A stretch of 64,000 nt of DNA from Oculina patagonica (GCF_052425735.1 NC_135760.1:28883074-28947073); one strand, 5' to 3'. Positions 24,900-38,311 are shown, numbered from the stretch's first letter. Notes: generated from the sequence alone by a model not told the origin. A program made the numbers and translations.

Positions 24900-25337
24900 G
24901 TAATCCAGTTATATATATCAGGCCAGAATGGACAAAGGAACTAAGTTTGACTGTTTATTGCTGAAAACTTTGAACTTAGGGAATAACAGTTACAGGTCTA
25001 TTTAAACAGTAATCTCCGTTTGGACTGTGTACTGACACTGACAGTTCTTGTTAAGACTTTACTCGGCATTTGTTTATCCCCTTGACATTCACACCAGCTC
25101 ATAAATCGAGCTAAATTCTTCGTAACGCTTTGTGTCTTTGGCCTTGCAGCTCCTTCAAAACAGTCAGTTTTTCCCAGCAGTGGTAACATCCTTAAGAAGA
25201 AAGCCCGATCTACCATTTTATCAGTATTAACTAAACGCCAAACACAGGAAAAGCTATTTCTCGGTGAAAAGACTGATGGACGCGAGCAACAAAACAGCAC
25301 TGTTAGTTCGTTGGAACCAAAATGGTCTTCAGAGGCA

Positions 25338-26328
25338 ATGATAGTCGATCTAGCGTCAACAAAGTCCAAGTCGCAAAGGCCAGGTTCTCAGGTTGAGGAT
25401 AAAAGCCTGAGTTATCATTTCGAAACATCGAATCAAAATTGGACCTCTCCAAATTCAAACGACCAAGTTTCGATAGTGAAATCGAACGAGCAAAATGACG
25501 AATTGTCGTCACGTGTTGTCGATGGTGGGCAAGAGCTTGAAAACTCTCTCGTCGAACAAGCTGGAATGGACATTTTCAAAGAACATACAAAAGGGATTGA
25601 ACATAGCTCTAGACTGCCTCCTCCAACACTGTATCCAGACAGGGATCGGACGGATCAAAGCACCCAGTCACTTGGCAAGCGAAGGGATTTCGCGCCAAGA
25701 CACTTGCCTTGTCCAGCACATGCCACGGAAGTTAGCGATGTTTCACATGCCATGGTGGTGTCCATGTCTCCATCTTACACTTGTGTCAAGGATATCACAC
25801 CAAGCTCGCCCTTGAGTCCAAAGTCCGTGTCTGACTCAGTTAAGGTGTCTATACCTTTCCAAGTTCATGGTCAACAGCAGTCGCCCAGACCAGAGCACCA
25901 ATCACATGTTTGGTCGTCATCTGTTTCCGTATGTGTGCCATTTCAAGTGACTGAAGACGGTGCGTGTGTCTCAGTTTTACCTTCTTTTGACAACCAGCTT
26001 CCGTCGACTTCTTTACTCGCCAAGCAAACAACAGAACAAGTGGCGCGCGCAGATTCAGTTCCCTTTCTTCAAGAACCGCTAAACACACTAAATTCCAATT
26101 CCGTGAGCGAGACTGAATCACCCACAGTGGATCGGATCACGGAAAACGCTCATTCTTCCGCTACGAATAAAATGTCATCTTTGGAGCCTTTACTTCCGAT
26201 GAAAAGTTCTTCGTTCTTGTCTCCGGATGATGGCAAAGGTGTCTCTCAAGATACGACTGATGGAGGACCCACTACCAAGCTTCGTTCCAATTCTACTCCT
26301 ACAACTGATAAACGAAAGCATTTCAAAG
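25338..26328 (+). CDS. Serine-rich N-terminal exon of a large coiled-coil protein (cytospin/SPECC1-like architecture); first in-frame ATG at 25338; donor AAAG|GTAGGT
   Basis: Long open frame 25197-26384 in the six-frame track. Low-complexity S/T/P-rich composition. Donor at 26329. Start is either ATG 25338 or splicing from 24860-24899. Confidence 0.55.
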
Positions 26329-27242
26329 GTAGGTATTGTGTCTTCTTGTATATCTGTTGTTGTGTATATTTATCTTTGTTTTAAAATTATACAAACCAGT
26401 TTGATTTTTATTAATAATATGGAGAACAAAAATAAAACCGGTTTAACTAAAATTTTAACCAAAGATAAATTTAAACAACATACCGAGCGAAAGAATAAAT
26501 AACAGCAAACAAGAACTACTTGCGCATCGTTTATGTGCAGTCAGTGGATAAAAGGACCCGACAGTTGAACGCAGACTGAACACGTCAGCTGCGCCGCTGT
26601 ACTCAATTGTGTTTAATATGCAGGTATTAATTTTGCAATTTTAGTCAGTTCACGCAAGTTCTCCTTCTTGTTTTTACTTTGTCACACGGATATTTTAGAA
26701 TCTGTCCAGACTAATCTATGTTATGAAGGACGGCTAAATTCATCAAAAAAATATTTAAAGCCATAATTGCGATTGTTTTTGGCTTTGCCCTTCCAAGTTC
26801 ACAAGTTTTTTTTAAAATAATTATGTAATTTATACATGATACGCGCTGAAACCTCTTTTAGATAATTGCGTGTTATATTTTAATGACGTTATGACTCTAA
26901 AATCAGTCGACCGCGATGTCAAAGAAAAATATATTTGAATAGCGATTATCTTTAATCGTGCTCACGCATTGTGCATTTATGAGATGTCGCGAATAATCGA
27001 GAGACTCGACGAATGCTTGTAAGTGTTCAACAGACATAAAGAAGGAAAGGATTAGAGGCTGCGCCGGCAATATCGCGTGACAGATCGGCCCATGATAAAA
27101 ATGTCAAAGGAAATATGTTCACCGCTTAACATACACGTACAGAAGAATTTGTTGCGACCCACTGCAGAAAACACTCTCAGACGGTGTATTGCTGGTCAAT
27201 GGATCTAAAATGTGCCTATACAATTTTGCTATCACTCCACAG

Positions 27243-27368
27243 AAAACCATACCAGGGATAATCAAGTGTCAAAGGAACAGGCGTCAAAAACAATGGGCAA
27301 AGAAGCTAGTAAACACAAAACCACAGAAAAACCAGCCAATTCCACTGCTCTGAAAGTCCCAACAGGAG
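27243..27368 (+). CDS. Coiled-coil gene exon (ENHTRDNQVSKEQASKTMGKEASKHKTTEKPANSTALKVPTG-)
   Basis: Acceptor ctccacag|AA and donor GGAG|GTAATG. Phase 1 in and out, with no stop in frame. Confidence 0.5.
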
Positions 27369-28759
27369 GTAATGTTTCTTATTAACTGCTAAAAGACTAA
27401 TGTGTTCGCACAACTGATCGAACTACAACGCGATTTACTTCAAGACATTTAGCAAGTTCGTGTTCGTGGCGTTCAACTGCACTGACTTAGACTACTGGCC
27501 GGTATTAATCGATTACTTTTAAAATATTTATTTGAAGCTTCAGTTCGATTTCACATTAAGAATATTTTGTAAAAACATGATCAAATGGACGCTTTCAGTG
27601 CTGAAAGATTTCCTTTATCAGTGGCAGAACATTAATGGGTAACAGAAAACCCGCAAGTCAATTTGTTTATTCAAGACGTAGACAAAGCTACACGGCCGAT
27701 TATTGATAACGTGACTTCGTGAAAGCGAAAGAATCTTGAGTGTTAAAACGTCTAGCAGAACACTTTTAGCGGTAATAACGGTGAAAATCTTTGTCGTTTT
27801 TTGCTTAATTGTTTGATAGTTTTTTCATTTATTTGATTATCGGTCAGTCAGCGGTCAGAAATTTCGCTATTACAGATGTCTTCTCATCAAATTCTTTTCA
27901 TGCTTTTCATTCTTATGTCAATAGTGCGTGGACTAAAGCCAAAGTAGTTCTGTTTTTTTAGTCATCTTATTTCGATATTCTGCCGTTTCACTGTAAATCG
28001 ATGTAGTTTCGCAAATACTTGGCAGAAAAAATCCACTTTGCTGTCCTTGCTTGGTAAGTAATGAAATAACAATTCACTGCAATTATTGTCTTGATCGGTG
28101 GACCAATATAGGGCTAGTATGTGTCATAGTTATGGCATCCTTACCAACAATGTGTGTATTTTTTGTTCAATTAGTATACCCCTTAAAGTACAAGAGAATG
28201 TCTAAAAGGAAATCTAGTGAACTGTGTCGCTTCGTCTTTAACTTTAGGCTGTGCATGTACAAAACAATGAAACAAATTTGCGTGATACAGTGCAGATGTC
28301 AGACGAGAAGGAAGGAAGTCATTTCTTTATATTCCCGTGACATGTCAGATCACGTAAATCTGGTTATTTCTCTAAATGAAAAAATATCGTGTTCAAAAAT
28401 GGTAGTGGAAGCTGTGAAAGCGAATAAACTTGCTTGTGACTTGATCAGCGTATCAGTTCAGGCGTTTTCCTTTCCATTTCGCTTGCTTTTTCACTCGCCC
28501 CAACTCCCTACATTCTGTAGTAACTCGCGGCTGCGCGGACTAAAGGAAAGTTTCTCAGCGATTTTTCACAAGAAGAGGCATTGTTAAGTTAAATCGGCGT
28601 GTATCAAAAGTTGTAATTATGTGAACAATTTTAGCAAACATGAGACATATCTAAATCTATTATTTATTTGTTGTATTGATCTTTGAGTAGTTTTATTTCC
28701 ATTTTTTTTTATTTAATTATTAAATAGGTTAAAAATTTCTCTATATTTTATTTTTTTAG

Positions 28760-29006
28760 GCAAGCCAAGAGCAAAGTCCTTTAATGCAGGGGATAAAGCT
28801 AGACTGACTCCAGGTCCTTCTAAAACTCCGCCAAGTCCTGCTGGGACACCAAAATCAATAACTCCCACGTCTTCACCGAAACTCATGAGACGAAACGCAA
28901 CACCCAAAGATCTGATCAAGGGTCGCCATTCAACTCGCAAGACAGCCGAGCCGAAAAAACAAGAAAATCACAACAGACCTCATTCAGACCCACTCATCGC
29001 TGAAAA
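28760..29006 (+). CDS. Coiled-coil gene exon (GKPRAKSFNAGDKARLTPGPSKTPPSPAGTPKSITPTSSPKLMRRNATPKDLIKGRHSTRKTAEPKKQENHNRPHSDPLIAE-)
   Basis: Acceptor tattttttttag|G and donor AAAA|GTAGGT. An in-frame TAG follows immediately if the exon is not spliced here. Confidence 0.55.
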
Positions 29007-29902
29007 GTAGGTCAAGTACAAGTACAAGTCAACTAATTCGTCAAAGCTTCTGCTGAATAATAACAGCATATTACCCGGGTCCCATAGAATGATGTTATTT
29101 GGTCGTCGGTTTAAATTTGTGTTGTCACGCAGTGCTCGTGGACACAAATAAGGATTTCAGGACTAGTCTCTATTATCCCACCTTATACTTAGGAGTTGAG
29201 CCTGGGCGATACGAGAAAGAGTCCAGGATAGCTTGCATGCGCATGCTCAGAACGCTGTTCCGAGCTGTTTCTTAAGCTGTCACGGTGTTCTTGGTTGAGT
29301 TCATGTTGTTGAATTCGTCATTTGAGTGATCAATTTTAATTCCAGCGCGCACGTCAAGACTAAGTAACGCTACACTCCTATGTAGATTCGTTTTCAGCAT
29401 GTGCATGCAAGTTATCCTGTACTTTCTCTTAGTCTCTATTCTCGCACAGGGGTAATAAAAGTTCAGGGATTGGAGTACATTAATGTTTGTACAGTAAGCA
29501 AAAAGGCAAATAGTAAACACTTAATGACTTTTCTCAAGGGAAACAGGAATAACAAAATTAACTGGTTTACCGAGGGATCAGTCATTAAGTGTGTTGCTAT
29601 ATTGCACAGCGAAAACTTAAAACAAAATGGCGGTCGTCGGTCAACATTCGCGGGCAACATTGCACTGTTACCCTGTAACGTCATAGATTTTAAAATGTTG
29701 CCCGCTCAGAGAATTTTGGCTGGAAACAGTTTTTATTGTTTGATGTCAGGTGATCTCGAATCAGCCAATAAGAGCGCGCGCTGTCGGGAAAAAATTTCTA
29801 GAAATAACAACAATAATAATAATAGCGGTAATAACAATAGTCTATATACCTCGTCTGCCCAATGTACAATTATTAATTTCAAGTTTGTCTTGGGTCTTTT
29901 AG

Positions 29903-29958
29903 GATACATGGAAATAAGAAGCTCTCGGGAGTTGCCGCAAATGATGCGTCTACAACAG
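29903..29958 (+). CDS. Predicted 56-nt micro-exon (K)IHGNKKLSGVAANDASTT(G) that restores the reading frame between the 28760-29006 and 30267-32408 exons
   Basis: Acceptor tgggtcttttag|G and donor ACAG|GTACGC. Without it the two flanking exons are out of phase. No homology support. Confidence 0.35.
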
Positions 29959-30266
29959 GTACGCATGAATAAATAAATAAAAAAAACAAGCAATAGGCCA
30001 TTCCGAGTTACCCTTTGCCTCTGTTTCAAAACGAGTCTACGTGCGAAACCATTCAAATGAAAATGAGTTTGATTTGCATGAAAATGGACCTGTAGGCGAA
30101 ACTCATTTTCATATGACTTGTTTCGCACGTAGACTCGTTTTGAAACAGAGGCAGAGGGTAACTCGGTAATGACCTATTGCAGACAAACAATTGCAGACAT
30201 CTCACATTTTCTTAAGGGAAAGCAAACCTTGGTCAAGCTCAGTACGCGTTTTGTTATTGTTAACAG

Positions 30267-32408
30267 GGAAAGCAAAGCCTGACTTAGAAGCAATAAAAAG
30301 TAAAGTTAAAGACCTTGAGGGCGAAAATCGTGAACTGAAGGAGAAAATACAAGGCATGGAACATCGACTGGCCGTTGTACCACTCTTGGAAAAGGAAAAA
30401 CTTCATTTACAAAAGCAGTTCAATGAACTTGTCCAGGAAAACGAGAGAAAGTCAGCTGAATTGCAATCTTTAAATTTGGAATCGGAAAAGCAAAGGGAAG
30501 AAAAAAATGAACTCCAGATTAAACACGAGGGATTGATGATAGCCATGGGAAACAGCAGAAAAGAACTTGAAGAGCTCAAAAACCAAAACCACTCACTCGA
30601 GGAATCGAAATCTACTCTGGTGCGAGAAAACGAAGAAAAAATTCAATCAATTTCAAAATACCTCGAGGACATTGAAAACTTGACAACTTCGAATACGGTG
30701 TTGGTAGTGCAAGAGAGTCGATCAAGGAGTACTATTTCAACACTATTACAAGGCTTGCAATCGTTAAAAGATTCTGTTGTAAAGTTAAAAGACGAAAACA
30801 AATGTTTACAATCGCAGATTATTGAAAACGGAAGTAAACTCGTTGGGAGAATGAGAAACTGTGTCAATGGTTTGGAAAGAGTTATTGATGGTTTGGAAAA
30901 AGAAAAAACTTGCAAAGTTGAGAAAGAAACACAAGTATCCAACAACATGGAGACGCTTGACAAAGAAACGCAGTGCGATGAGTTATGGTCAGTACACTTA
31001 GAGGAGCTTGAAGAAAGCAAACACTCATTGGAGCTTTTAAAAAGAAGAATAGATGAACTTGAAAACCCGAAAGAAACAAATGAATTGTCCGCCACGCCAG
31101 ACTTAGCGAATGAACTAGATAAGCCTGAACAATGTTTGGGATGCGCCAGCCTTGAAGAGCAATTAATATCTTTAAAATCCAATTTGGAAACGTTTAAGTC
31201 TTCTTTGCAGAAATCAGAAAGCGATCGAGATGAAGCTGTCGAGGAAAGGAACGAGTTGAGACGCGAAGCAAAGTATCTCAAGTATGTCCTTTCTTACCGG
31301 GAAGATGTGCAGTGTTTACAAATGTCAAAACAACAGACCAAAGAGCTGGAGAAAATGGAGACTAACCTTGTAGAAGCAGAGAAAAAAGTAATCGATTTGG
31401 AAGGAGAAGTTGGAAGACTTCATGAAGAAAAGCAAACTCTATTGCTGAGCATTTTAAATCTTCATTCTGGCCACGAAGTGGAAGATGTCAAAGAGGAAGA
31501 CGAAGAAGAAGAAAATATGGCGAGCGAAGAGTCTGAAAATAACGATGAAAATCAAGATAAAGGAGACATGAGTGAAGATTCTCGCACTCCCGACTCCATT
31601 TCTCGCAGAGAACAACTCAAATTTCGATTTCAGTTATCTTTGTCCGAGTCGGAGTACAGTTATAGCTCAGAACAACGAACGGAAGGCGAAGAAGAAAGCG
31701 AGAGTGAAGAAGAAGAGATGGAGAAAGAGATCACCGCCCAAGCTGGAGTGCATATAAAGAAAATTAAAACTGAGAACAAACAGCTTAAAACACGATTGAA
31801 TGAAGCAACTGAAGAGAAAGAGGAGTTGTTATCAAGTCTTGATACGTTGTGCGAAGATTTCGATTCGCTCAAGGCAAACTTTGATAAACTTGAAGAAGAG
31901 CACGCTGTGTTGTCAAAGAGATCCAAGCACGATAAAGAAACCTTGCTTGCCCGGCTTACGGAGGTTGAAATCGATAGAGAAAATATGAGGGATTCCCTTA
32001 GGCAAGTTCAAGACGAGAAGCTAGCGCTTTTGAATTGTCTTGAGATGAGAAACCCTGAACCGATGGCACCACTATCTCCACTGACACAGCTAGATCTTGA
32101 CAAAATCATTGCGCGTGCCCAGTCGTTCACACGAGAGGAAAACAAATCGAATGAACCAACATCGAACGAGGAAGAATCTGAAGCTTCGTCGTCATCAGAT
32201 GCCGAAGATGAGCAGAAAAACAAACTCCAGTCTAATGAGAAGGCCGTGCTACAAACAACTCCAAACAATCGCGTCGGGCTGGAGAGTCAAACAGAAGTGA
32301 CGCCATCTGCTGCTGAGGATAGAGACCTCGCAATTATAGTGGCATCTATTGAAAACGACCTTGGAAAACTCAAAGAACGCCTAAATAAAAGAGGCGGTGA
32401 TGCGTCTG
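30267..32408 (+). CDS. Giant coiled-coil exon (~714 aa; heptad-rich, E/K/L-rich, acidic Ser/Glu clusters)
   Basis: 750-aa ORF in the track. Acceptor ttgttattgttaacag|GG and donor CTG|GTAAGT at 32409. Phase 1 exit matches the 37452 acceptor exactly (G+AC=D). Confidence 0.8.
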
Positions 32409-33107
32409 GTAAGTCATCTACAACGCACGAACTTTTAAGGTAGACTGTGAAAACTTCCTCTGTTGACTGAAGCTTTTTTGGGATATCTGAGAATCTAAAT
32501 CTGAAAGAAGACAAAACTAATTAACAATTAGACTACGAGCCCAAGTTTCTATGAGCAAATAGTCGAGGCGCAGCCGAGTTGACTATCGCTCATAGAAAAC
32601 GAGGGCAGTATCTTTGTTTTAGTAGAAACTCTAAAGGATTGCAGTCCAAACCTACAATATTGTGACTGAAGACAAAAATCAAGAAAATTACCGCTTAAAG
32701 AGCACGCGAGCGCGGACTGTTTTCATCGGCGAGAAATCAGTGGGAGAACCAATCAGATTCGCGGATTTCCATTAGAACACAGCTGAGTTTCTACTAATTG
32801 GCGATAGAGTCGCTTTTCACAGTCTGCTGTTAAGTTGTTGTTATTGTTATTAATTAGTAATTAACAAATCGACCACATTTTTTCATGGTCTACTTAACAA
32901 TTAGACTACGAGTCCAAGTTTTCTATGAGCGAATAGTCAACGAGGCGCAGAAACTCTTAAAGGATTGCAGTCCAAAAATGAAGAAATTTTAATATTCAAA
33001 TGAGCAACGAGCGCGCGATCGTTTTCTATTTTAACAATAGAGTGTTACTGTCGAGGAACTATCGGCTGATAGTTGCCCCGCGGAAATTTGATGTTCTTAG
33101 TATACGT

Positions 33108-33265
33108 AATTGGACTACATGCTGTCCAATTTGGAAATAATTTGATGATAAAAATTCCGAGGGCAGCCAAAATTGGACGAGGCCGTAGGCCGAGTCCAAT
33201 TTGGCTGTCAGAGGAATTTTTTGAATCTAATTATTTCCAAAATTGGACAAGCATGTAGTCCGGTT
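33108..33265. mobile_element. Palindromic MITE-like hairpin element (CCAATTTGG / AATTGGACA cores); related fragments at 34000-34120
   Basis: actacatgctgtccaatttggaaataatt (33112-) is the reverse complement of aattatttccaaaattggacaagcatgtagt (33232-). Confidence 0.5.
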
Positions 33266-34180
33266 ACATATTAATTATATAGCTTGTAGTGCAGTCTGGA
33301 AAACATGTATGTTACGCCGAAGATCTTCGGCGTGGAGCGTATTTCATAGGGATTAGTCAATCCAGCATAAACAATAAACTTATGTCCAGAACGGGAAAAG
33401 CAATCAACAATAGTAGGCATAACACAGCACATGCAACTCGCCCAAAGCATTGTCTTCGCAAATAAAACTTAAACAAAACAGTGCAATTTTATTCACCTGA
33501 GTTTGCGAAGCTTGCTACAAAGTAAGTGAAAGCACTGCATCAATCAATTAAAGTCGTAAACAAAGTGTCCGAAGAGCTTTACAACTTCTTGAATCTGACA
33601 TACTCCTTTCCACTATATCGTTCGTACTTCATCGCCGTCTTTTCTTTTCGAATTTCAGCAAAAAACGACAAAGAATTGCATCTAGCTCATGGCGATGAAT
33701 ATCTGACAAATTTCTTGCTTCGCTTCGCTGCACTTACGTTCACCCAAGTTTTGTACTATTGGAGGTGTTTTGCTCTTGGTTTTTGCTTCTTAGTGTAGCT
33801 AGCTCCTCTTCTGACAACGTAGAAAATTTCTCTTTGTTGTTACTATTGCTGAAAAGCTCAAAAGGAATAGAAAAACGTAGCAAACTTGCCTTATAAAATT
33901 CCGCCATTGTCGACTAAAACAGGAAAAGTTTACAGGGCTGACGCTATGCTTTGTGCTAATTGGCTAATATCCGTCACATTTGTTTTTTCTTCGATTTGAT
34001 TGGCTGAGACGAAACTGTCCAATTTTTCTTAAATTGGACAGATTGTGAATTGTACCTGAAAGTCCTAATTGAAACTATCCAAATTTAATCCCAAATTGGA
34101 CAGTTCCCAGAAATTAAGGAAAAATAGCTCCGCTGACAATATAGGATTTACTGACGGCTATATAATTAAAACAAATAATT

Positions 34181-34682
34181 ATTAGCCCGAGAAGCGAAGC
34201 TTCGAGGGCTAATATGCTAGTTTGTTATACTTATAGTTCACCACTAAATTTTCTCCGATTCTGATTGGTTTAAATTGAACACGTGACGCGATAGTGCCCG
34301 TCCGCCGGAGGGCACTATCAGCCCTTATAGTTCACCACTAAATTTTATTCCCTTCTGATTGGTTTAAATTGAGTACATCAACATGTATATTGCCCTCCCG
34401 TGAAAAATGCCCGGATCGATAGTGCCCGCCCGTGACTGTTTTTTGTAAACAAGCTGCCTGCAACAAAAAACCCAACCAAATTCACTGCATTCAGTGGGTT
34501 TCTCGTCTGGTTTTGTTTCGTTTGTTAAATTTCGGCTTTCAATTGAGTTTTTCATCCTCAAAAGTAAAAAATTCAAGATGCTTGTTGTGTATGTGCGCGC
34601 GGAAGAAAATTTAGTGGTGAACAATAAAGACAATAGAGTGTCTAGCATATTTGCCCTCGAAGCTTCGCTTCTCGGGCTAATA
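34181..34682. mobile_element. MITE-like element with ~40-bp TIRs (ATTAGCCCGAGAAGCGAAGCTTCGAGGGCTAATATG…) and internal direct and inverted subrepeats, in the large intron of the coiled-coil gene
   Basis: 34186-34225 is the reverse complement of 34640-34680. The internal unit 'ttatagttcaccactaaatttt…ctgattggtttaaattga' is repeated twice plus one inverted copy. Confidence 0.6.
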
Positions 34683-37451
34683 TTTGTTTTAAGAACATCA
34701 AATTTCCGCGGGGCAACTATCAGACCGATAGTTCCTCGACAAAAACACTCTATTAGGGCTGATAGTATTTAAGTATTTAACAAAAGTATTTAACAAAAGC
34801 GACGACTTTGCCGAAACTTTGCCGGTGGGACGTAAAGATTCCGGTCCGACAAATAAAAACGACCATAATACAAAAGAAGATGAACAAATATTCAAAGAAT
34901 AACAATTTTAATTGCCTTTTCCTCTCTCGTTGAGTGTGTCTATCGCTTGAAGCGAGCAAGACCTTTTTCTTTCTGAACTGAAGATCTTGTTAGCGCTCGT
35001 TCACTGAACATCAACAGTCCGCTGCCGATTCGCTATCACTGTTTTCTAAGTTAGAACAAAAATTCAAAAGCCTTTTCAATTTTCTTTCGACAGATTACCT
35101 AAGTAGAAGTCCAATCCTGAATTGCGAAAACAAATGCGTACTCTGATTCAAACAAAACGGGATGAAATTCGCTTTCATTCAAACGTACACATCTTTTAGC
35201 CCGCGCGTGTGCGTGGCGTGATCTGACGTCACTTTCATGTTCTATTTAACAAATAGATTTCATTTTGCCGTGCGTCTGTTCAGTAATAGATCACAGATGA
35301 CGTCAAAATGTGGTATGAACAGTTAAATGCTTCGAAAGGTGAACGATGCTTGGCGTATTGTTTTTCACTGAAGATTTGTAATTAAGCTGAACTTTTTTGC
35401 TTTGTTGTGGCCCCGAAAGTTTGAAAAACTTTGCCGACAACTCTGATCTGGACTATGAACTCTGATCACGCGCGCGAGTCACACCACCGCGTGACGTCAT
35501 CCATGTGTCTGTACTCTGATAGATCATAAAAAGTAAGAACCAATCAAAATGCGCGTAGAATTCAGGTTATTATATAAAAGAAAATAATGCACGCTTGAGG
35601 TCTATAAAAGCTGCTAGTGGATGCCCGAGCCGTCAGCCGAGGGCATTCAGCTGCTTTTCTAGACCTCAAAAGTGCATTATTTTCTTATAGGACATAGGAA
35701 AACCATCTTCTAGTGGGTTTAGAATATAGCATTAAAAAGAGCACAGAACTTACAAGACTCGCGGCCGCTCACGGCATTTTACAAACGCACGCAACATTGG
35801 TGAAAGTGAAAGTTTAGTTTATTGTTTTCTTTGGCGGCTTCTTTATAAATAAACCAAGATACCATTTCATTCATATTTCCTATTTATATAGTCCTTTCTC
35901 CAACTACCAAAAGATTCTCACAAAGCCGACAAATCTAGTAGACATTTTTACGCATTCAAGTGTGGTTAAGCCTACTTCAATTTCATTCAAATGAAAAATT
36001 TTCATGCGTTCGTTTCGCAGCAAGTTTTTCAAATTCGCCTCTTACTCGATTTAAAAAGAACAAAAGTGGAGTGTTCTGTCTTCAGATTGTGGCTAAAAAA
36101 GGTTTCTTACCTCAAAGCGTTTCTAGAGTCCGGCTTGTTTTGCTAAATAATTTCCAATCAATTTCGGGCAGTTCACGGCAAAATAGTGGCGTATACAACT
36201 CCAAAGAAAAACAACAAATTTCAACGATTCTTTCTTCATCTGTCGCTTCCTGTGGCAGTCTTACTTCCATTCAAGCAGGTAAAACGTTTCTGATAAAAAC
36301 TCGCTGCTTTAAAGCATCATTTAAACAACAAAAGAAGAGAATAGATGCGAAGTCGACGAAGTCGTTCAGCGAAATTCGACAAACAATTCGCACATCCGGG
36401 GTACCGGGCTTCTATAGTTTTCAGCTATGTTCTATTAAAAATAATGCCCGCTAGAATTCCATCGCGCGTATACAGCGGCTATATTCTAAACTCTCATCGA
36501 CCATAACTTTGGACCAATCAGCGCACGAGAATTCTCTCGGTTATGGTATAAAACATTTTGTTTTTACAGTGTCTCGATTATCATTAACTTTCTTCACATA
36601 CTCGCGTTAAAAATATCAATACCTCTTTGTTTTTAACAACAAACTTTCGTCTGTCAAGGCCCTAAAATGCACCCATTTAGGAGCCAAACGTATGCATTTG
36701 ATAACGGAGGTCCCTTCTGCACGCACAAGCGGAGCCCCAGACATTTAGTAAACCCTTCGAGCTGCAAAATTTCGGTTGTCACTTGATTGTTTATTTTAGT
36801 TATCAGTTCTTTAACAACAGGGGTATCAGAGAAAGCGGGTAAAGTAGAGTAAAGTAGGGAAATATCCTAGTGAAACAAAAGAGGAAATAACCCAAAAGTA
36901 TGGAAAATGAGCCTTTAATTAATACTCTAAGCCGTTTTCTGTGCAACTTGCCTCGCAGTTTTATTCATTGATTTGGTCGTTCGTTCGTTCGTTTATTCTG
37001 GCACCACTGCAAGCCGGACAGGTTGCACAAAGAATTGCTTAGTGTAATCCCCCAAAATAGTTGCGAACCTTCTTCTTGTAATGTCTGCTGCAACGAAAAA
37101 GTTGTGAGACGTTCATTTCAGAGTAAAACTATAAAACTATGCAACTTGCGTCTCAACGAATTGCGATACAAGTTAATAATAATAATAATAAAACTTTATT
37201 TAAACTCGAATTAAGAGTAGCTTAACAAGCTAATATTTCCGAGAACGAAAAAGATAACAACAAATTAAAATAAATATTACTATTGAAATTTGAAAGTTGC
37301 ATGACAGAAAGTCAGCGCTTTTATAAAATCAAATCTGGTTAGTTTTGCACCATTCTTACATACCCTGCGAATGCAGACGAATCGAAAGAAAGTGAAAAAT
37401 AGGTAGAAATCCTTATTGTACCAGAGCTCATCCATATATTTTTAATCGTAG

Positions 37452-38311
37452 ACGATGTGCAAGATGACAACACTGGAACAGGCGTTGAATCCAGGCTCCG
37501 GAAACCTCCTCCCGGCGAGCGTATTCTCAAGCGACAAGCGTCGACTGTTAAATCGAATCTGGATCGAATATGTAGAGAGAAACAACATCTGGAAGATGAA
37601 GTAGAATCGCTGCGCCGATACCTACTCAAAAGAAGAGACTCTGCAATGGAAGTCAGGAAGAGACGGTCCCATGGGAGTCTCAACAGGGCGGCGTCGGAAG
37701 TGGAGAATCACTTGGAAGGAATCAAGACCTTACAAGCCTTGCTCGGAAAATCCGACGAACAACTCCGAAAGTCGAATGAAATAATTTCTCGACTCGAAGC
37801 AGTCAACGATGACACTGAAGAGAAACTTCGAGATTCTGAACTTCTTAAAGTTGACATGCGCCGCGCTGTTCAGATAGCAAACAACTTCGCCATGGAGGAG
37901 CAAGAGAAAGCAGAAAAGTTAATGTTACAGAATGAAGAGTTGATGAAAACGATTGAGATGCTTAAAGGTACGCATGGCAAGGAAAAGCCAACAGCGAAAG
38001 GAAAATCTAAATTTCAGTTGACAGAAGCGAAAGGTTTCAATCGCAGTGTAAGCGAAGACGACGGATTATACGCCGATGACGAGAGTACTTTCACAACGGA
38101 AGGTGAATCGGATTTCTATTCTTCCCGCCACTCGAGTATCGCAAGTGAATCCGATTTTGTCACAAGCCCCACATCTTATGAAGACAAACTCGACAGCTTG
38201 ATTGTACCATCAGAAAGTACAACTAAGAATGGAGATACCGAGACTGAAGGTACGAGCCAACACAGTTCTACAGCCGACACATCAGATGTGACTGACGATG
38301 AACTGGAATAA
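37452..38311 (+). CDS. Terminal coding exon of the coiled-coil gene (…LLKVDMRRAVQIANNFAMEEQEKAEKLMLQNEELMKTIEMLKG… acidic S/T/D tail, stop TAA 38309-38311)
   Basis: Acceptor ttttaatcgtag|AC. The 'AVQIAN…E.QE' motif resembles the cytospin/SPECC1 region 'DLQTAVVIANDIKSEAQEE'. No calponin-homology domain is encoded before the stop. Confidence 0.7.

Noticed and set aside
28051-28587. 178-aa plus-strand ORF
   Set aside because: Lies in the intron between exons 27243-27368 and 28760-29006. No conserved motif and out of phase with the neighbouring exons.
29401-29976. 191-aa plus-strand ORF inside the coiled-coil gene intron
   Set aside because: Contains an (AAT/AAC)n microsatellite giving poly-Asn and has no homology-like features. 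Only its last 56 nt, in a different frame, fit as a splice-phase-restoring micro-exon.
30643-32514. Long minus-strand ORFs (212 aa at 30643-31281, plus 88, 86 and 75 aa ORFs) antisense to the 2.1-kb coiled-coil exon
   Set aside because: They are the reverse complement of a GAA/AAG/GAG-rich coiled-coil coding exon, which yields stop-free F/L/S-rich antisense frames. Low-complexity composition, no independent splice or start signals.
35960-36454. 164-aa plus-strand ORF in the 5-kb intron of the coiled-coil gene
   Set aside because: Composition typical of AT-rich non-coding DNA, with no splice-compatible boundaries and no recognisable domain. Likely a chance ORF.
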